A program made the position numbers and the translations under genes. A model generated the notes under the pieces. That model ran no database searches. It saw only the letters and a list, made by a program, of their open reading frames with translations, and was not told where the DNA came from. 64,000 nt of DNA from Desulfatiglandales bacterium (GTDB lineage Bacteria; Desulfobacterota; DSM-4660; Desulfatiglandales; HGW-15). Positions 1 to 9,934 of the stretch are shown here, one piece after another (within the stretch, counting starts at the first letter, position 1; the number at the start of each line of letters is the position of its first letter). The stretch covers positions 1,920,001 to 1,984,000 of the forward strand of contig CAXXJJ010000001.1 in the NCBI GenBank assembly GCA_963667015.2, given 5' to 3'.

Positions 1-1209
1 ATTTGCTTTTGCCACACCCTCTGGTGTCCCTCCATATTTTAAAACAACTCCTGCAAGTGGGTGTTTACCTTCTAAGACAGTTGTTGGTAAATACGGCAAA
101 TAGATTGAATGTCCGGCATCTTGATAAGTAAGATGTTTATATATAAATGGATGATTGTTTCTTTTTAATCTTTCATAAGCAATAGATTGAAATTCCGGAG
201 AAGGCCATACTTGATCATCCTGTCCATCAATAAGCAAAACCGGACCGTTTATTTTTTCTACTTCTATTATAGATTGTGACAGATGCCTTATTGTCTGGCC
301 CTTATATGCCCATGAGTCCGGCATAGCCTTACCACTGCCGGCATACGATATAGCTACTTTTAATTGTGGGAATTTAGATGCTAAAAGTAATGCCAACTCT
401 CCACCTCTTGAAAATCCAATTACTCCAATTTTGTTTTTATCGATATATTCACATTTTTCCAGGTATTTAATGCACCTTTCAAAATATTCAAGAGGGATAT
501 TTTTAAATTTTTTTGGTAACGGATCAACACCAAAATAACCCAGAGTTACTCCTATATATCCGTGATAAGCTAATGCTGATGCATATTCTGAATACCCGTG
601 TTTATTATAACCACCAGATCCATGCAGAATTATTAATGCGGGAAACTTTTCCCTGTCCTTTTTAGGGATACATATTTCTCCAATCAATTTGCTATCATCA
701 ATTTTTATTTTATCTTCTAAATCTGTGAATTGATAATAACTTAAAACAGCCTTTGTTATTATTTTGCTGTTTTCTTTAATTACAAAAAAAGATTGATATG
801 GGCTTTTCGATTCTTTTACAAAATCAGGAATATCTTCTAATTTATCCCAAAGCTTCATAGACCAGAATAAACCCATTTGATCAACACCTGAATAAAAGCC
901 TGATATGGGTTTGTTTTTTGATAAATCAATTATTCCTTTTTCATCACTTTTGTAAATTGCATGAGAGTATAAATAATATCCTAGAGACGTTTTACGATAA
1001 AGGTGCACTTCAACATTTTTTAATTTTAAACAGTCTTTAATTGTTATATTAACTTTTTCATCAAAATTTGCTTCTGAAGGACTGATATCAATTTTTTCTG
1101 CATATGAATAAGTACATTGATTTCCCGTTACCTCATTGGCATTTCGCTCATTCTCGCATCCTGGGAAAACAACCAGAATGGCAATAATAAATAACAAATA
1201 TCTTTTCAT
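1..1209 (-). CDS. Acyl-CoA thioesterase/BAAT-family alpha/beta hydrolase, probable lipoprotein (3'-partial)
   Basis: Manual translation: MKRYLLFIIAILVVFPGC signal, GFSRGGELALLLAS nucleophile motif, YGGTPEGVAKAN at window edge. Confidence 0.85.
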   Translation of the reverse strand, partial: MKRYLLFIIAILVVFPGCENERNANEVTGNQCTYSYAEKIDISPSEANFDEKVNITIKDCLKLKNVEVHLYRKTSLGYYLYSHAIYKSDEKGIIDLSKNKPISGFYSGVDQMGLFWSMKLWDKLEDIPDFVKESKSPYQSFFVIKENSKIITKAVLSYYQFTDLEDKIKIDDSKLIGEICIPKKDREKFPALIILHGSGGYNKHGYSEYASALAYHGYIGVTLGYFGVDPLPKKFKNIPLEYFERCIKYLEKCEYIDKNKIGVIGFSRGGELALLLASKFPQLKVAISYAGSGKAMPDSWAYKGQTIRHLSQSIIEVEKINGPVLLIDGQDDQVWPSPEFQSIAYERLKRNNHPFIYKHLTYQDAGHSIYLPYLPTTVLEGKHPLAGVVLKYGGTPEGVAKAN

Positions 1210-1229
1210 GCTGTCCTTTTTTCTTTGTA

Positions 1230-1358
1230 AGCCAGCGTTTTAATTAACGAGTGTGCGGTGCATACCAATATGAGATTATTAAAGGTATTTATTTTGCAAA
1301 CCAATAAAGATTAATTCGGCAATATAGTAGGCTGCCTTAGTTTAAATAATTGTTAGAA
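1230..1358 (-). repeat. Degenerate attC (family of 9795 site; core AAC changed to AGC)
   Basis: Aligns by eye to 9795-9921; agccagc...gttagaa. Confidence 0.7.
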
Positions 1359-1359
1359 T

Positions 1360-2667
1360 TCAATTTGATTTAGAACTTACAATAAAGCTACTAATGAAAC
1401 TTTCACTCATAAAATGATCATTACCTTTTGGATGAGCAGCAATTTTCCAGTAATAGGTCGTGTTTAGCGCCAGATTGTCTATTGTTTTACCGAACTCTTT
1501 AATTTCAAATTTTGGCAAATTGCGTTTATAATTTTCAATCGTTCCCATTTTTTCAGTATCCTGTTGCGGCCTGTCACAACCCGGCATTGGACAAATTGCG
1601 ATAACCATAAATAATGTCAGATAATATTTCTTTTTCGATTTTATACTGCCAAATAAAAAAAGGGCAGGAATAGAAAGAGGCAAGAACGCATATTTAGAAA
1701 AATCAGAGGATGAATTGATACTTACTTCTTTATAGCTGTTAAAGCTCTTGTCTTTCGAATAAAGTAATTTATAGATACTTTCAGGTTTTCCTTTCCATTT
1801 AAAGGTGACAGAAGCGGAATCTGATTTTCTAACAATGGTTGGAGTGAGTAATTTAATTCTTGAAAATAGTGATGGTATTGAATATGACTTTTCACCAAAT
1901 GAAAATTCATGCAGCATATCAATTTTGATAAATTCTTCAAAATTCTGAAAGTGGAATAAATAGATAATTTTATTTACTGGATCATTGATGTTTGAGTACT
2001 GATTTAAAATTCCCTGATGCGATGCATCTAAAATATCGGCTATTTGTTTTATATTCTTATATTCGCCCGCATTTAACAATGATTTGGCCTCTGTTCTTTC
2101 GCCATATCCTGTCATCTGATAATTCTTATCAGCTTTTTCAAAAAATAACTTTCCCCCATTCCCATAAATTTCAACTGAATTCCCAAATCCATCGCCCATA
2201 ATTGCCCGACCTACATAGCCGGTATGTTTATATTTTCTTATAAAATCTATTGCTTCATCAACAGTTGCATATTGTTGAATGATATCATAAAAAATATGTG
2301 ATTTTTTATAAGAAGGTTTATCTGAATCTTTTTCCGTTCCCCAAACAGTGCCATCAGCTACCCAATCCCAGCTTAAACCTTTTTCATTCATTCCTCCATC
2401 TGGATGAATTTTCCCTACCATCAAATCAGGTTTATCTGCAAAAAATTTCCTGTAGCTTTCCTGGGTAGATTTATATCCATAATATATAGCGCCTAATTTA
2501 TTCCCATCGCCCGGTCTAACCCAAAGCATTGTCTCATACTCCCAGTAATCTTCATGATTGCAAAAGTATATATTGTCTTTTGTTTTAACAGTAAAAATCG
2601 TACAGGCATAGACATCTGAAGCAAAGGTGAAAATCATTGGTATAATAAGAAATAATAATTTGAGCAT
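1360..2667 (-). CDS. Secreted Ntn-hydrolase (C45/choloylglycine hydrolase-like) with C-terminal extension
   Basis: Signal peptide then A-CTIF N-terminal Cys nucleophile, NHED, GGMNEKGL. Confidence 0.75.
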   Translation of the reverse strand: MLKLLFLIIPMIFTFASDVYACTIFTVKTKDNIYFCNHEDYWEYETMLWVRPGDGNKLGAIYYGYKSTQESYRKFFADKPDLMVGKIHPDGGMNEKGLSWDWVADGTVWGTEKDSDKPSYKKSHIFYDIIQQYATVDEAIDFIRKYKHTGYVGRAIMGDGFGNSVEIYGNGGKLFFEKADKNYQMTGYGERTEAKSLLNAGEYKNIKQIADILDASHQGILNQYSNINDPVNKIIYLFHFQNFEEFIKIDMLHEFSFGEKSYSIPSLFSRIKLLTPTIVRKSDSASVTFKWKGKPESIYKLLYSKDKSFNSYKEVSINSSSDFSKYAFLPLSIPALFLFGSIKSKKKYYLTLFMVIAICPMPGCDRPQQDTEKMGTIENYKRNLPKFEIKEFGKTIDNLALNTTYYWKIAAHPKGNDHFMSESFISSFIVSSKSN

Positions 2668-2747
2668 AATTACGCTTCTTAAATAATTTTCGTAACTTAA
2701 TTATTTCATCATTTAACATAGTGACTGAAACAGTCCCGTATTTCAGT

Positions 2748-2875
2748 ATTTAACGTTAAAGTTAAGGAACCTGGCGGTTTTATGGCTACTAGCCTCCTGC
2801 TCCCAAGATACTTGTTGATATAGACTCTGCTCGCTCGGCGATATAGTAGCCGGGTCACCTTGAACTTAGTTATGG
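2748..2875 (-). repeat. attC (family I)
   Basis: atttaac...gttatgg; R'' matches ccataac 3125. Confidence 0.9.
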
Positions 2876-3109
2876 ATTTTTTTGTTTTTTCAGAAAATAG
2901 TCATCACTATTCCAGTTACCAAAAACATTTCGGCTTCGGACATAAACCAATTCCCACCCATCATCACCAAGAGTATTAAGATAATTATTGATTAGAGACC
3001 TGGTTGCTTTTGATGATTTATAACCCAGTTTAAATTTTCCTTCAGTCTTCAAAATTTGAGAATCTAAGATTTCTTTTGTAGATAATACTTTGTATTCAAA
3101 CTTGTTCAT
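2870..3109 (-). CDS. DUF4177-like small protein (cassette)
   Basis: KFEYKV...LNTLGDDGWELV motif; GGAGG RBS. Confidence 0.75.
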   Translation of the reverse strand: MNKFEYKVLSTKEILDSQILKTEGKFKLGYKSSKATRSLINNYLNTLGDDGWELVYVRSRNVFGNWNSDDYFLKKQKNP

Positions 3110-3124
3110 TTTATTCCTCCAAAT

Positions 3125-3190
3125 CCATAACGAGCCCCGATAACCAGCCGGGCGTTTTATAGCCCGGTCTGGTTTATTGGATTGTTCGCT
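3125..3190 (-). repeat. attC
   Basis: ccataac...gttcgct hairpin. Confidence 0.9.
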
Positions 3191-3510
3191 GAGTCTAGGA
3201 TATTTGCATGAAGTTTATTAGGAGAGAGAGGTTGTACCTTTTGCCAGTCTTTTGATTCATTTTCAGCCAGCCACAGGTCATAATTTTTTTGCAAATTCAT
3301 CCATAACTCTGGTGAAGTATCGAAAGCTCTGCCAAGACGAAGAGCCATATCCGGAGTAATAGCCCCCCTTTCATTAATAATTTTTGATAAAGTTTTTCTA
3401 GACACTCCAAGTGTGGATGCCATTTCTGTCACAGTAATAGTCAATGGTTTTAAATAATCCTCTTGAATTATTTTTCCTGGATGTGTTGGTTTACGTTTAA
3501 TTCTAGTCAT
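3157..3510 (-). CDS. higA: HigA family antitoxin (HTH)
   Basis: PTHPGKII, ITPDMALRLGRAFDTSPELWMNLQ. Confidence 0.93.
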   Translation of the reverse strand: MTRIKRKPTHPGKIIQEDYLKPLTITVTEMASTLGVSRKTLSKIINERGAITPDMALRLGRAFDTSPELWMNLQKNYDLWLAENESKDWQKVQPLSPNKLHANILDSANNPINQTGL

Positions 3511-3522
3511 ATCAATACCCCG

Positions 3523-4377
3523 CTAATGGTAATCATCATAGTCAACGACATATGCATCACCGTCAATAAATTTAAAGAATATTCTCCAGTTACCGGAGAC
3601 TTTAACAGCATATTGACCTTTTTTATCACCTGTTAATGTTACCAGGAATTTAATTTCATGTAATTCTCAAGGATATAAATCAGTATATAAACAGGATATA
3701 GATCCTGTTCATTTGGATCAAGGATATTATTCATATAATTTAAAACTCTTGTGTAACAAGTCCATATAATTCATTTTTTTGTTTTTTAATTTGCTGCATT
3801 TGTTATTCTATAGATCACATTCTGGTCATTGAGCATCTCAGTGTGTAATGATCAATATGAGAGGGTTGCCTAAATGTAAGGTGTGAAAACTTTCCGATCC
3901 CATATTATTAATTGATCTGAGATATTGGCGCATACATTGTGGCAAAAGAAGGTTTTCTGTTTCACTTGAACAGATATAAAAATAGGTCCATCTTTTTGAC
4001 CCTATCAGTCAATACGCTCAATATTGTTCACCCCTTAATTGGAGAAAGTATATCGGTCGGTCATATATTACTATTGCCAACTTCAATACTTTTTTATTCA
4101 TTTTAAAATCGTTATAGGAAAACGAAAGGGAATAGTTTGTTTAAGATCAGAAATTGCCTAGTTTTAAATCCTGTTTTTTGCCCTAATCTAAAAACCTGTT
4201 TACACCTGTTAATTTATGAAGATTTGAACCCGGATAATTCATGTCCCTCACTTCGTTTGCAGCATTTAGTCGGTCCAGAATTAATTCAAGTCTTCCGGAG
4301 TGTTCAGGTCTTATGCCTTTTTTGTTTCCAGTATAGAAAAAATCTTCAATGCCTTTATGTTTGAACGATTTAATCAT
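3523..4377 (-). pseudogene. higB: HigB/RelE toxin interrupted by insertion
   Basis: MIKSFKHKG...NLHKLTG (4377-4205) continues as DKKGQYAVKVSGNWRIFFKF...DYDDYH* (3628-3523); rejoining gives 92 aa. Confidence 0.92.
3637..4204. mobile_element. Non-autonomous insertion (MITE-like), TGT...ACA ends, 8-bp target duplication
   Basis: cctgttaa at 3629-3636 and 4205-4212; ends TGTTACCAGGAATTTAATTT / TGTAAACAGGTTTTTAGATT (revcomp); no transposase. Confidence 0.75.
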
Positions 4378-4384
4378 AGGGGTC

Positions 4385-4413
4385 ATTGTAACCGATAAGG
4401 TTACGCGTGTCAA
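4385..4413 (-). promoter_or_regulatory. higBA sigma70 promoter with operator
   Basis: TTGACA-N17-TACAAT; inverted repeat gtaacc-N5-ggttac 4388-4404. Confidence 0.85.
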
Positions 4414-4447
4414 TAGTTATTAGAAAATGATGTTTGAATATTTATAC

Positions 4448-4577
4448 AGCGAACGATTGCGATAAGGAGCTGGCGGGTTAATGGTGCCGATGGTCTATAA
4501 AGTACGAAGATCATTGATACTGTTGAATTTCAATCGGCAAGAAAAACCAGCCAGTCGCCTTGATTGCCGGGTTATAA
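4448..4577 (-). repeat. attC (family II)
   Basis: agcgaac...gttataa. Confidence 0.9.
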
Positions 4578-4585
4578 AGTATTAG

Positions 4586-5266
4586 TTAATTTTTCTGTAC
4601 AATCAAGTCCATTAGACCTGTCTCCACTTTCCAATCTTTACAATCAATTTTATTAAGAATACTTTCAATTTCTTCTTTTGTATAGGCCGCTGCAATGGAA
4701 GATTTCCAGTATTTTGCCATTTTACCTGCGACTAATGTCCCAATAATATTTACTATCAATTTACCGAATAAGTTAATATCTCTCCTATGGTCATGTATAT
4801 ATACTGCACCGTTAACCTTCAAAACTCGCTTTACCTGTAAAAACACTTTTTCCGGGTAAATCCAATGATGTAATGAATCCCGAGATATTATCAAATCATA
4901 TTGATTATTTGGAATATCTTTCATATCTTCTGCAACACCCATTATGTATTTAATGCTATCAGCTAAACCTTCTTTTTTAACATTGTCATTAGCAACTCTA
5001 ATCATATCAGGTGATGCCTCCAAACCATCCAGGTGTAAGTCGGCTCGTTTAAGCAACAAATTTATTCCTGCCCAACCTGGTCCTGGTCCAATTTCTAATA
5101 CTTTGGCATTTTGATTCAAAGTTATTTTATTTAATACTTTATCAGCGAAACGAATGTATTCTCTTCCGAGTTGCTTTTTCATTATCGCGCTATATTGTTC
5201 CATTGTCATTTCGTGATTGTCTTCTATTGCACCACCTTCTGGTACTCTTGGTTTAATTTTACTCAT
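4586..5266 (-). CDS. Class I SAM-dependent methyltransferase (cassette)
   Basis: VLEIGPGPG motif I; YDLIISRDSLHH. Confidence 0.9.
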   Translation of the reverse strand: MSKIKPRVPEGGAIEDNHEMTMEQYSAIMKKQLGREYIRFADKVLNKITLNQNAKVLEIGPGPGWAGINLLLKRADLHLDGLEASPDMIRVANDNVKKEGLADSIKYIMGVAEDMKDIPNNQYDLIISRDSLHHWIYPEKVFLQVKRVLKVNGAVYIHDHRRDINLFGKLIVNIIGTLVAGKMAKYWKSSIAAAYTKEEIESILNKIDCKDWKVETGLMDLIVQKN

Positions 5267-5281
5267 GTTTCGCCTTTGATT

Positions 5282-5410
5282 TTATAACGTGAAATTAAGG
5301 AGCCTGGCGGTTTTATGGCGACTTACTTCAAACTCCCAAGACAGTTGATAATATTGACTCTGCTTTATCGGCGATATAGTAGCCAGGTCACCTTGAATTT
5401 ATGGTAAAGT
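5282..5410 (-). repeat. attC (family I) with mutated R''
   Basis: ttataac...gtaaagt (expected gttaagt from acttaac 5695). Confidence 0.85.
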
Positions 5411-5677
5411 TTCTTTTGGAGCACCGAGTTTGTAACTCCATAGGAAATAAAATGCCAGTAGATACATAAATATGCTGGTTGATAACCCGGAGTCATGGAA
5501 TTTAGTCTTCAAAAAAAAGCTATCAATGAAAATATAAACTGCATAGCCTGCAATTAATAAACTATACGCATTAAATATTTTCGTATTTTTACCTTTCCAA
5601 GTTGATCTTCTTTTTGAAACTTTAAACAGGACAGTAAAGAAAAAAATAACACCAATTATTCCAAATAAAGATATCAT
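5399..5677 (-). CDS. Small membrane protein (cassette)
   Basis: Three hydrophobic segments; AGGAG RBS. Confidence 0.7.
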   Translation of the reverse strand: MISLFGIIGVIFFFTVLFKVSKRRSTWKGKNTKIFNAYSLLIAGYAVYIFIDSFFLKTKFHDSGLSTSIFMYLLAFYFLWSYKLGAPKETLP

Positions 5678-5694
5678 TTTGAGTCTCCTTGAAA

Positions 5695-5760
5695 ACTTAA
5701 CGTTGCTGATAACCGGTTTGGCGAGCTTTTTGCCAAATCCGGTTGATTAGCGGGTTAGGG
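5695..5760 (-). repeat. attC
   Basis: acttaac...gttaggg hairpin. Confidence 0.9.
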
Positions 5761-5818
5761 TTTTTGTGGTAACATTTTAACAGTAAATGATATATCACCG
5801 CGACAAAAATAAAAAATA

Positions 5819-6355
5819 TTAAAGTATAAATTCCCATTCCCAGCCTATCCATAAAGTTTCACCCGTAGTACCGCAATAAATAATAATATCACCTATTTTA
5901 TCTCTAGGCGCTTCTCGAGATCCACCAGAATAATTTTTTGATTGCTGACTTTTTACATATTCAATGATTTTTGTGGCATAATCCCCTACACCCCAGAACT
6001 TGGCTAAATCTGTCAATATTTTAATTTTATTAGGAGTTATCTGCGCAGGATCATGTATAGAAGCACCGTTCCAATGAACGCTTATATTAAGAACTTTTTT
6101 ATCCAAACTAGTAAATTCAACACTAAAAGAAGAATTTGGATTTTCAGTGTCTTTAAATGAATATGAATTGTTCCTCCCTCCTGCGCGAAGATTCCAGTTG
6201 TCCTTATTTAGTAATATTTGTTTTTTGAAAAACTCACTTGCCTCAAAGTCTTTAATAGATCTTGATTCCTTTATTTCTTCGTTTGCAGAAAGTATTGATG
6301 CTGAAATGACAATCATAATAATGAGAAAGTTAAATATTATATATGCTTTTTTCAT
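5819..6355 (-). CDS. Secreted hypothetical protein (cassette)
   Basis: MKKAYII signal peptide after GGAG RBS; fills cassette. Confidence 0.7.
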   Translation of the reverse strand: MKKAYIIFNFLIIMIVISASILSANEEIKESRSIKDFEASEFFKKQILLNKDNWNLRAGGRNNSYSFKDTENPNSSFSVEFTSLDKKVLNISVHWNGASIHDPAQITPNKIKILTDLAKFWGVGDYATKIIEYVKSQQSKNYSGGSREAPRDKIGDIIIYCGTTGETLWIGWEWEFIL

Positions 6356-6390
6356 TATTATCTCCAATTGATGTGTTTGCTATTTTGAAA

Positions 6391-6477
6391 CCCTAACGGT
6401 TTTGCTCACCAGCCCCGCCGTGATGTTTCGCATTAAGCAAGGAACCCTCCGTGGTCTGGTGTAGCAGTTTGTTGGCC
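6391..6477 (-). repeat. attC (family V)
   Basis: ccctaac...gttggcc; near-copy at 12834. Confidence 0.9.
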
Positions 6478-6483
6478 GACTCT

Positions 6484-7200
6484 TTATTGAAAAAAACTTC
6501 GTTCTATATCAAAACTTTTCTCTGCTGGCTCATATTGCATTTCAACGTGAGTCTTATATGCATCATTAACTTCGCCGAGCATGCCTGAATATGTGACATC
6601 AAATACTACATTCAACTTAGCTGAGTTGCGCATCGCCATATCGACAACGCTTTGATCAATAAGAAGTGCTCCTTGGGTTTTATGATCTCTAGGCAGAGAG
6701 GTTGCCCCAATATTTTCTTTCAACGATTCAGAACCGATGATCGTTGATTTAACTAATCGACCGTTCAGACTAGCTGAGCTGATGATAAGCATTTTATTTG
6801 CAGGCACATCAGAGATGTTTGTTAGTTCAAACGATATGCTTGCCGGATATAGCTCCCCCTCTGTTGATTTCCCAGATCCACCGAAATGGACATTTCTGAT
6901 TACAACTATTGGCCTGTTACGCAGTTTAAACTCTTTGCGTTGAATATCTATTGATTCGTTTGTAAGTCTCAGAGCTTGCTCATTATTTTGTAGAGATTTA
7001 CGAGCTAACTCTAATGCTTCTTGATTTTGAGCAAGAGATTCAGCCGTCATCTGAAGAGCCTTATTGTTCTGGAGTAAAGTAAAACACATAACCCCAGATA
7101 ACGATGCCATAACAATGGTTGCAATTGCAGTGATATACATTGCTTTTGTATATGGTTTTTGTTGTAACCAATGTGTAAGTTTTTGGAATAATTTTCTCAT
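6484..7200 (-). CDS. Membrane-anchored coiled-coil hypothetical protein (cassette)
   Basis: Start moved to MRKLFQ (longer ORF runs into attC); TM plus heptad repeats. Confidence 0.7.
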   Translation of the reverse strand: MRKLFQKLTHWLQQKPYTKAMYITAIATIVMASLSGVMCFTLLQNNKALQMTAESLAQNQEALELARKSLQNNEQALRLTNESIDIQRKEFKLRNRPIVVIRNVHFGGSGKSTEGELYPASISFELTNISDVPANKMLIISSASLNGRLVKSTIIGSESLKENIGATSLPRDHKTQGALLIDQSVVDMAMRNSAKLNVVFDVTYSGMLGEVNDAYKTHVEMQYEPAEKSFDIERSFFQ

Positions 7201-7207
7201 TTTTCCG

Positions 7208-7341
7208 TGCCAACGAAAAGCATTACAGGCCGTGCGGTGCAAACCAACTTGCCATGTTAAAGGTGCTAGGATTATGAGCTGGCAGATAGTTTAAAAAAGG
7301 CGAAAAAAATAGCACGGTCCTTGTAGATGCACTGGTTGGCT
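7208..7341 (-). repeat. attC (family III)
   Basis: tgccaac...gttggct; near-copies at 12118, 15892, 19673. Confidence 0.9.
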
Positions 7342-7609
7342 GCCGCCAACCTGTTTAATTTGTTTTTGACTGCTTACTTTCAATTATTGATTTTAAAGAC
7401 TTGATGCTTTTTGAATACTGTGTTTTTTGATTCTTCTATTTATAATGTTCTGAATTATTTTTCAAAAGAATTTCCGGGGAATGAATTTCCTTTGTTTTGT
7501 TACCTTATTATTTCCAGATTAATTTTCGCGCCCTTGAGTTAAATGTTATTGGCAACTTCATTTCCGCATCCAATGAAATTCATTTTTCTCTATTCTATTG
7601 ACAGCCAAC
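7335..7609 (-). other. Gene-less cassette A1
   Basis: gttggctg...cagccaac, no conserved ORF; homologous to 12245 and 16020. Confidence 0.85.
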
Positions 7610-7663
7610 ATTTTAAATAACCAGCAAGGGTCTTTTCTTGTCTGGTTAATTTAGTGGTTAGCG
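7603..7663 (-). repeat. attC
   Basis: agccaac...gttagcg. Confidence 0.85.
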
Positions 7664-7669
7664 TAATGT

Positions 7670-8179
7670 TTATTTACCGAGCCATATATCAAATGGAATT
7701 TTTTCATAAAGTTTTAAATAAATAAAGGCAACGATTCTATGACCGCCATCAAGTATTCTGATATAATTTCCTTCTGTGAGTATTCCAACGACAGGTGCAA
7801 AGAAACTATTTGTCCGTTTCATGTATTGCACGTGCCAGCTGAACCTTTCTTTAGTCCCCGTGATGTTCCCCATACAAGATGTCAGGTCTCCCTCGATGTG
7901 CAGCTTGATGAGAGCATTGATGTCAGCATAAGAGTCTGGATGCAAAAGATCCATGAAAACCCTGGAATATTTCATCCGTTTCCAGATGAGTTCGCTAAAA
8001 TCTTTGAGGGACAAACCTCCGAAACGCCAATGCCAATTAGTTCCGATTGCGGAATCATTGATGCTTGAGAAAGGCCATCCTATGGAATTTATAAATGGAA
8101 ATAGGTATAGATCAAAAACGTCATCAGGAACGTTTGGCAACATTTGCATGGCTTTAATATGTAGTTTAGTTTGTTCCAT
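7670..8179 (-). CDS. Hypothetical protein with ParB/Srx-like motif (cassette)
   Basis: PVVG...ILDGGHRI resembles DGxHR of ParB/Srx fold. Confidence 0.55.
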   Translation of the reverse strand: MEQTKLHIKAMQMLPNVPDDVFDLYLFPFINSIGWPFSSINDSAIGTNWHWRFGGLSLKDFSELIWKRMKYSRVFMDLLHPDSYADINALIKLHIEGDLTSCMGNITGTKERFSWHVQYMKRTNSFFAPVVGILTEGNYIRILDGGHRIVAFIYLKLYEKIPFDIWLGK

Positions 8180-8188
8180 GTTTTTAAA

Positions 8189-8251
8189 CGCTAACGACTT
8201 GCTGTGAGGCGCGCGGTCGTTTCGCGCGTCCTTACAAGCAGCTTGTTATAT
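8189..8251 (-). repeat. attC
   Basis: cgctaac...gttatat. Confidence 0.9.
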
Positions 8252-8273
8252 TTATTTGTAATGGTAGAAATTT

Positions 8274-9380
8274 TTACCCAACATTTTCAAGTTTAATTTC
8301 TAAAAAGTTTGGAATATTCTCCATTACAGAAAAACTTGATTTTTCTCTAAGTAATTCTTCATTACCTTCAACCGACGTTCCTATTTGAATACCTGTATCT
8401 CCTGTAAGATCTTTCAATTCTTTATTTTTCAAATAGATATCATTTACTTGTTTGCTCAAATAAACATCTTCGGAATACCGAAAAATCATGAAGTTTATGG
8501 CTGCTAATTTTTTGGCTATTGGAAGACTTTTAAACTGCTTGTAAAATGATCTATATCGTTTGTCGTGTTTATCTATAAATAACATTATGATACTACTATT
8601 TTTTAACGGGAATACACATATGTTAAGTGTCTGAACTTTATAGTCAGGTGACGTGCTGTACACATTGTTGTTAATAACATTTCCTTGTAAATCTAAAATT
8701 AATGCAATTTGACCTTGAAAAGCTATTGGCACAACATAATTTAGCTTTTCGTAGTAAAATAGATAGAATTCATTCTTCCACCCCTTTTCGATAATCTTTT
8801 TTGCACGTTTAAAACCTCTATAATAATCTTTTAAATCCAATGTGTTGATCTGTTCGATAGGACCAAAAAAAGCCTTTGCACTGTCAGGTGGAAATCCTGA
8901 ATCGATCAAACTTTTTTGTGCATTTTTATAAAGGGCTATTTCGAAACGCCGTTTGCTTATACTCTTTAAATTATTCTTCATCGCTATTTGAGCGATCATT
9001 TTATCTGTAGGCATTGCACTATAATTGTCTGGATTCTCATAGTCTTTAAAAATAATATTGTCGCACTCTCTGCAAATAAGGTGAAAAGTGCCAGAGTTGT
9101 TCACTCCTTTTTCAGTATCCAGTAATGGCAAATCTATAATTTCATTATTGATATAACACTTACCATTTACGGATATATTTCTTAAAAAAGACGCTGGGAT
9201 TGAATGTGAATTACAAAATTGAGTTGTTAATTTAGAACAGTAAAGACACCTATCAGGTTTAGAATCTTTTCTACTATCACTCGAAAGCTTGCTAAGTGTT
9301 TTTTTGAATTCAACTTTATTCTCAAGCATTTTGGATAATTCATGAGCATTAATATTACTCAAATTTAGCATTTCATTCAT
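8274..9380 (-). CDS. Hypothetical Zn-binding/HNH-like protein (cassette)
   Basis: CLYC...CNSHSIP...LICRECD. Confidence 0.55.
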   Translation of the reverse strand: MNEMLNLSNINAHELSKMLENKVEFKKTLSKLSSDSRKDSKPDRCLYCSKLTTQFCNSHSIPASFLRNISVNGKCYINNEIIDLPLLDTEKGVNNSGTFHLICRECDNIIFKDYENPDNYSAMPTDKMIAQIAMKNNLKSISKRRFEIALYKNAQKSLIDSGFPPDSAKAFFGPIEQINTLDLKDYYRGFKRAKKIIEKGWKNEFYLFYYEKLNYVVPIAFQGQIALILDLQGNVINNNVYSTSPDYKVQTLNICVFPLKNSSIIMLFIDKHDKRYRSFYKQFKSLPIAKKLAAINFMIFRYSEDVYLSKQVNDIYLKNKELKDLTGDTGIQIGTSVEGNEELLREKSSFSVMENIPNFLEIKLENVG

Positions 9381-9397
9381 TTCTATATCCTATACAG

Positions 9398-9530
9398 ATA
9401 TAACGCCAGGTATTACAAGCCGGGCGGCGCAAACCGAGCTACTATTTAAAACCTAAAAAATTGATACTTGTAAGATGATACATAAAAAGCAAAGAAAATA
9501 GCCCGGTCTTAGTAAATACTCTTGTTCGGT
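9398..9530 (-). repeat. attC (family IV)
   Basis: atataac...gttcggt; same arms as 13909. Confidence 0.9.
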
Positions 9531-9532
9531 TT

Positions 9533-9775
9533 TCATTCTGCCGCAAAGCTCTCGTTTGCATAGAATTCCAAATATCCGCAACTATTACATCGATAAGCTC
9601 CAATTGGAATGCCTTTAGTAGTAGGAGCTTTTGTTGAATAAAAGAAAGATTTTTTAGGTTTACCTTCATGCCAGTGACCAATTAAGCGATGTGCCTGAGA
9701 GTGATCTGGTACAAAGCCATGCACCATTTCGCCTTTGCATTTCGGACAACTTGATATTGTTGTGTTAGAATCCAT
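9533..9775 (-). CDS. Small zinc-ribbon protein (DUF6487-like; cassette)
   Basis: CPKCKGEM...AYRCNSCGYLEFYA; GAGGAG RBS. Confidence 0.75.
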   Translation of the reverse strand: MDSNTTISSCPKCKGEMVHGFVPDHSQAHRLIGHWHEGKPKKSFFYSTKAPTTKGIPIGAYRCNSCGYLEFYANESFAAE

Positions 9776-9794
9776 TGCATCTCCTCTCTTTTAA

Positions 9795-9921
9795 ACCGAA
9801 CGCGGAATTAACGAGCGTGCGATGCCAGCTAATAAAGGCTCTTAGAAGGATGAATGTTGCAAACCTTTAAAGATCGATTTGGCAAGATAGTAAGCACGTC
9901 ACGTTGAATGAATTGTTAACT
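9795..9921 (-). repeat. attC (family VIII)
   Basis: accgaac...gttaact. Confidence 0.9.
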
Positions 9922-9934
9922 GCCATTGCGCCAC

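Noticed and set aside
7201..7242. N-terminal extensions such as MHRTACN (also at 19706, 10387, 11369, 21119, 21999)
   Set aside because: Read-through of attC sequence; starts reassigned inside cassettes
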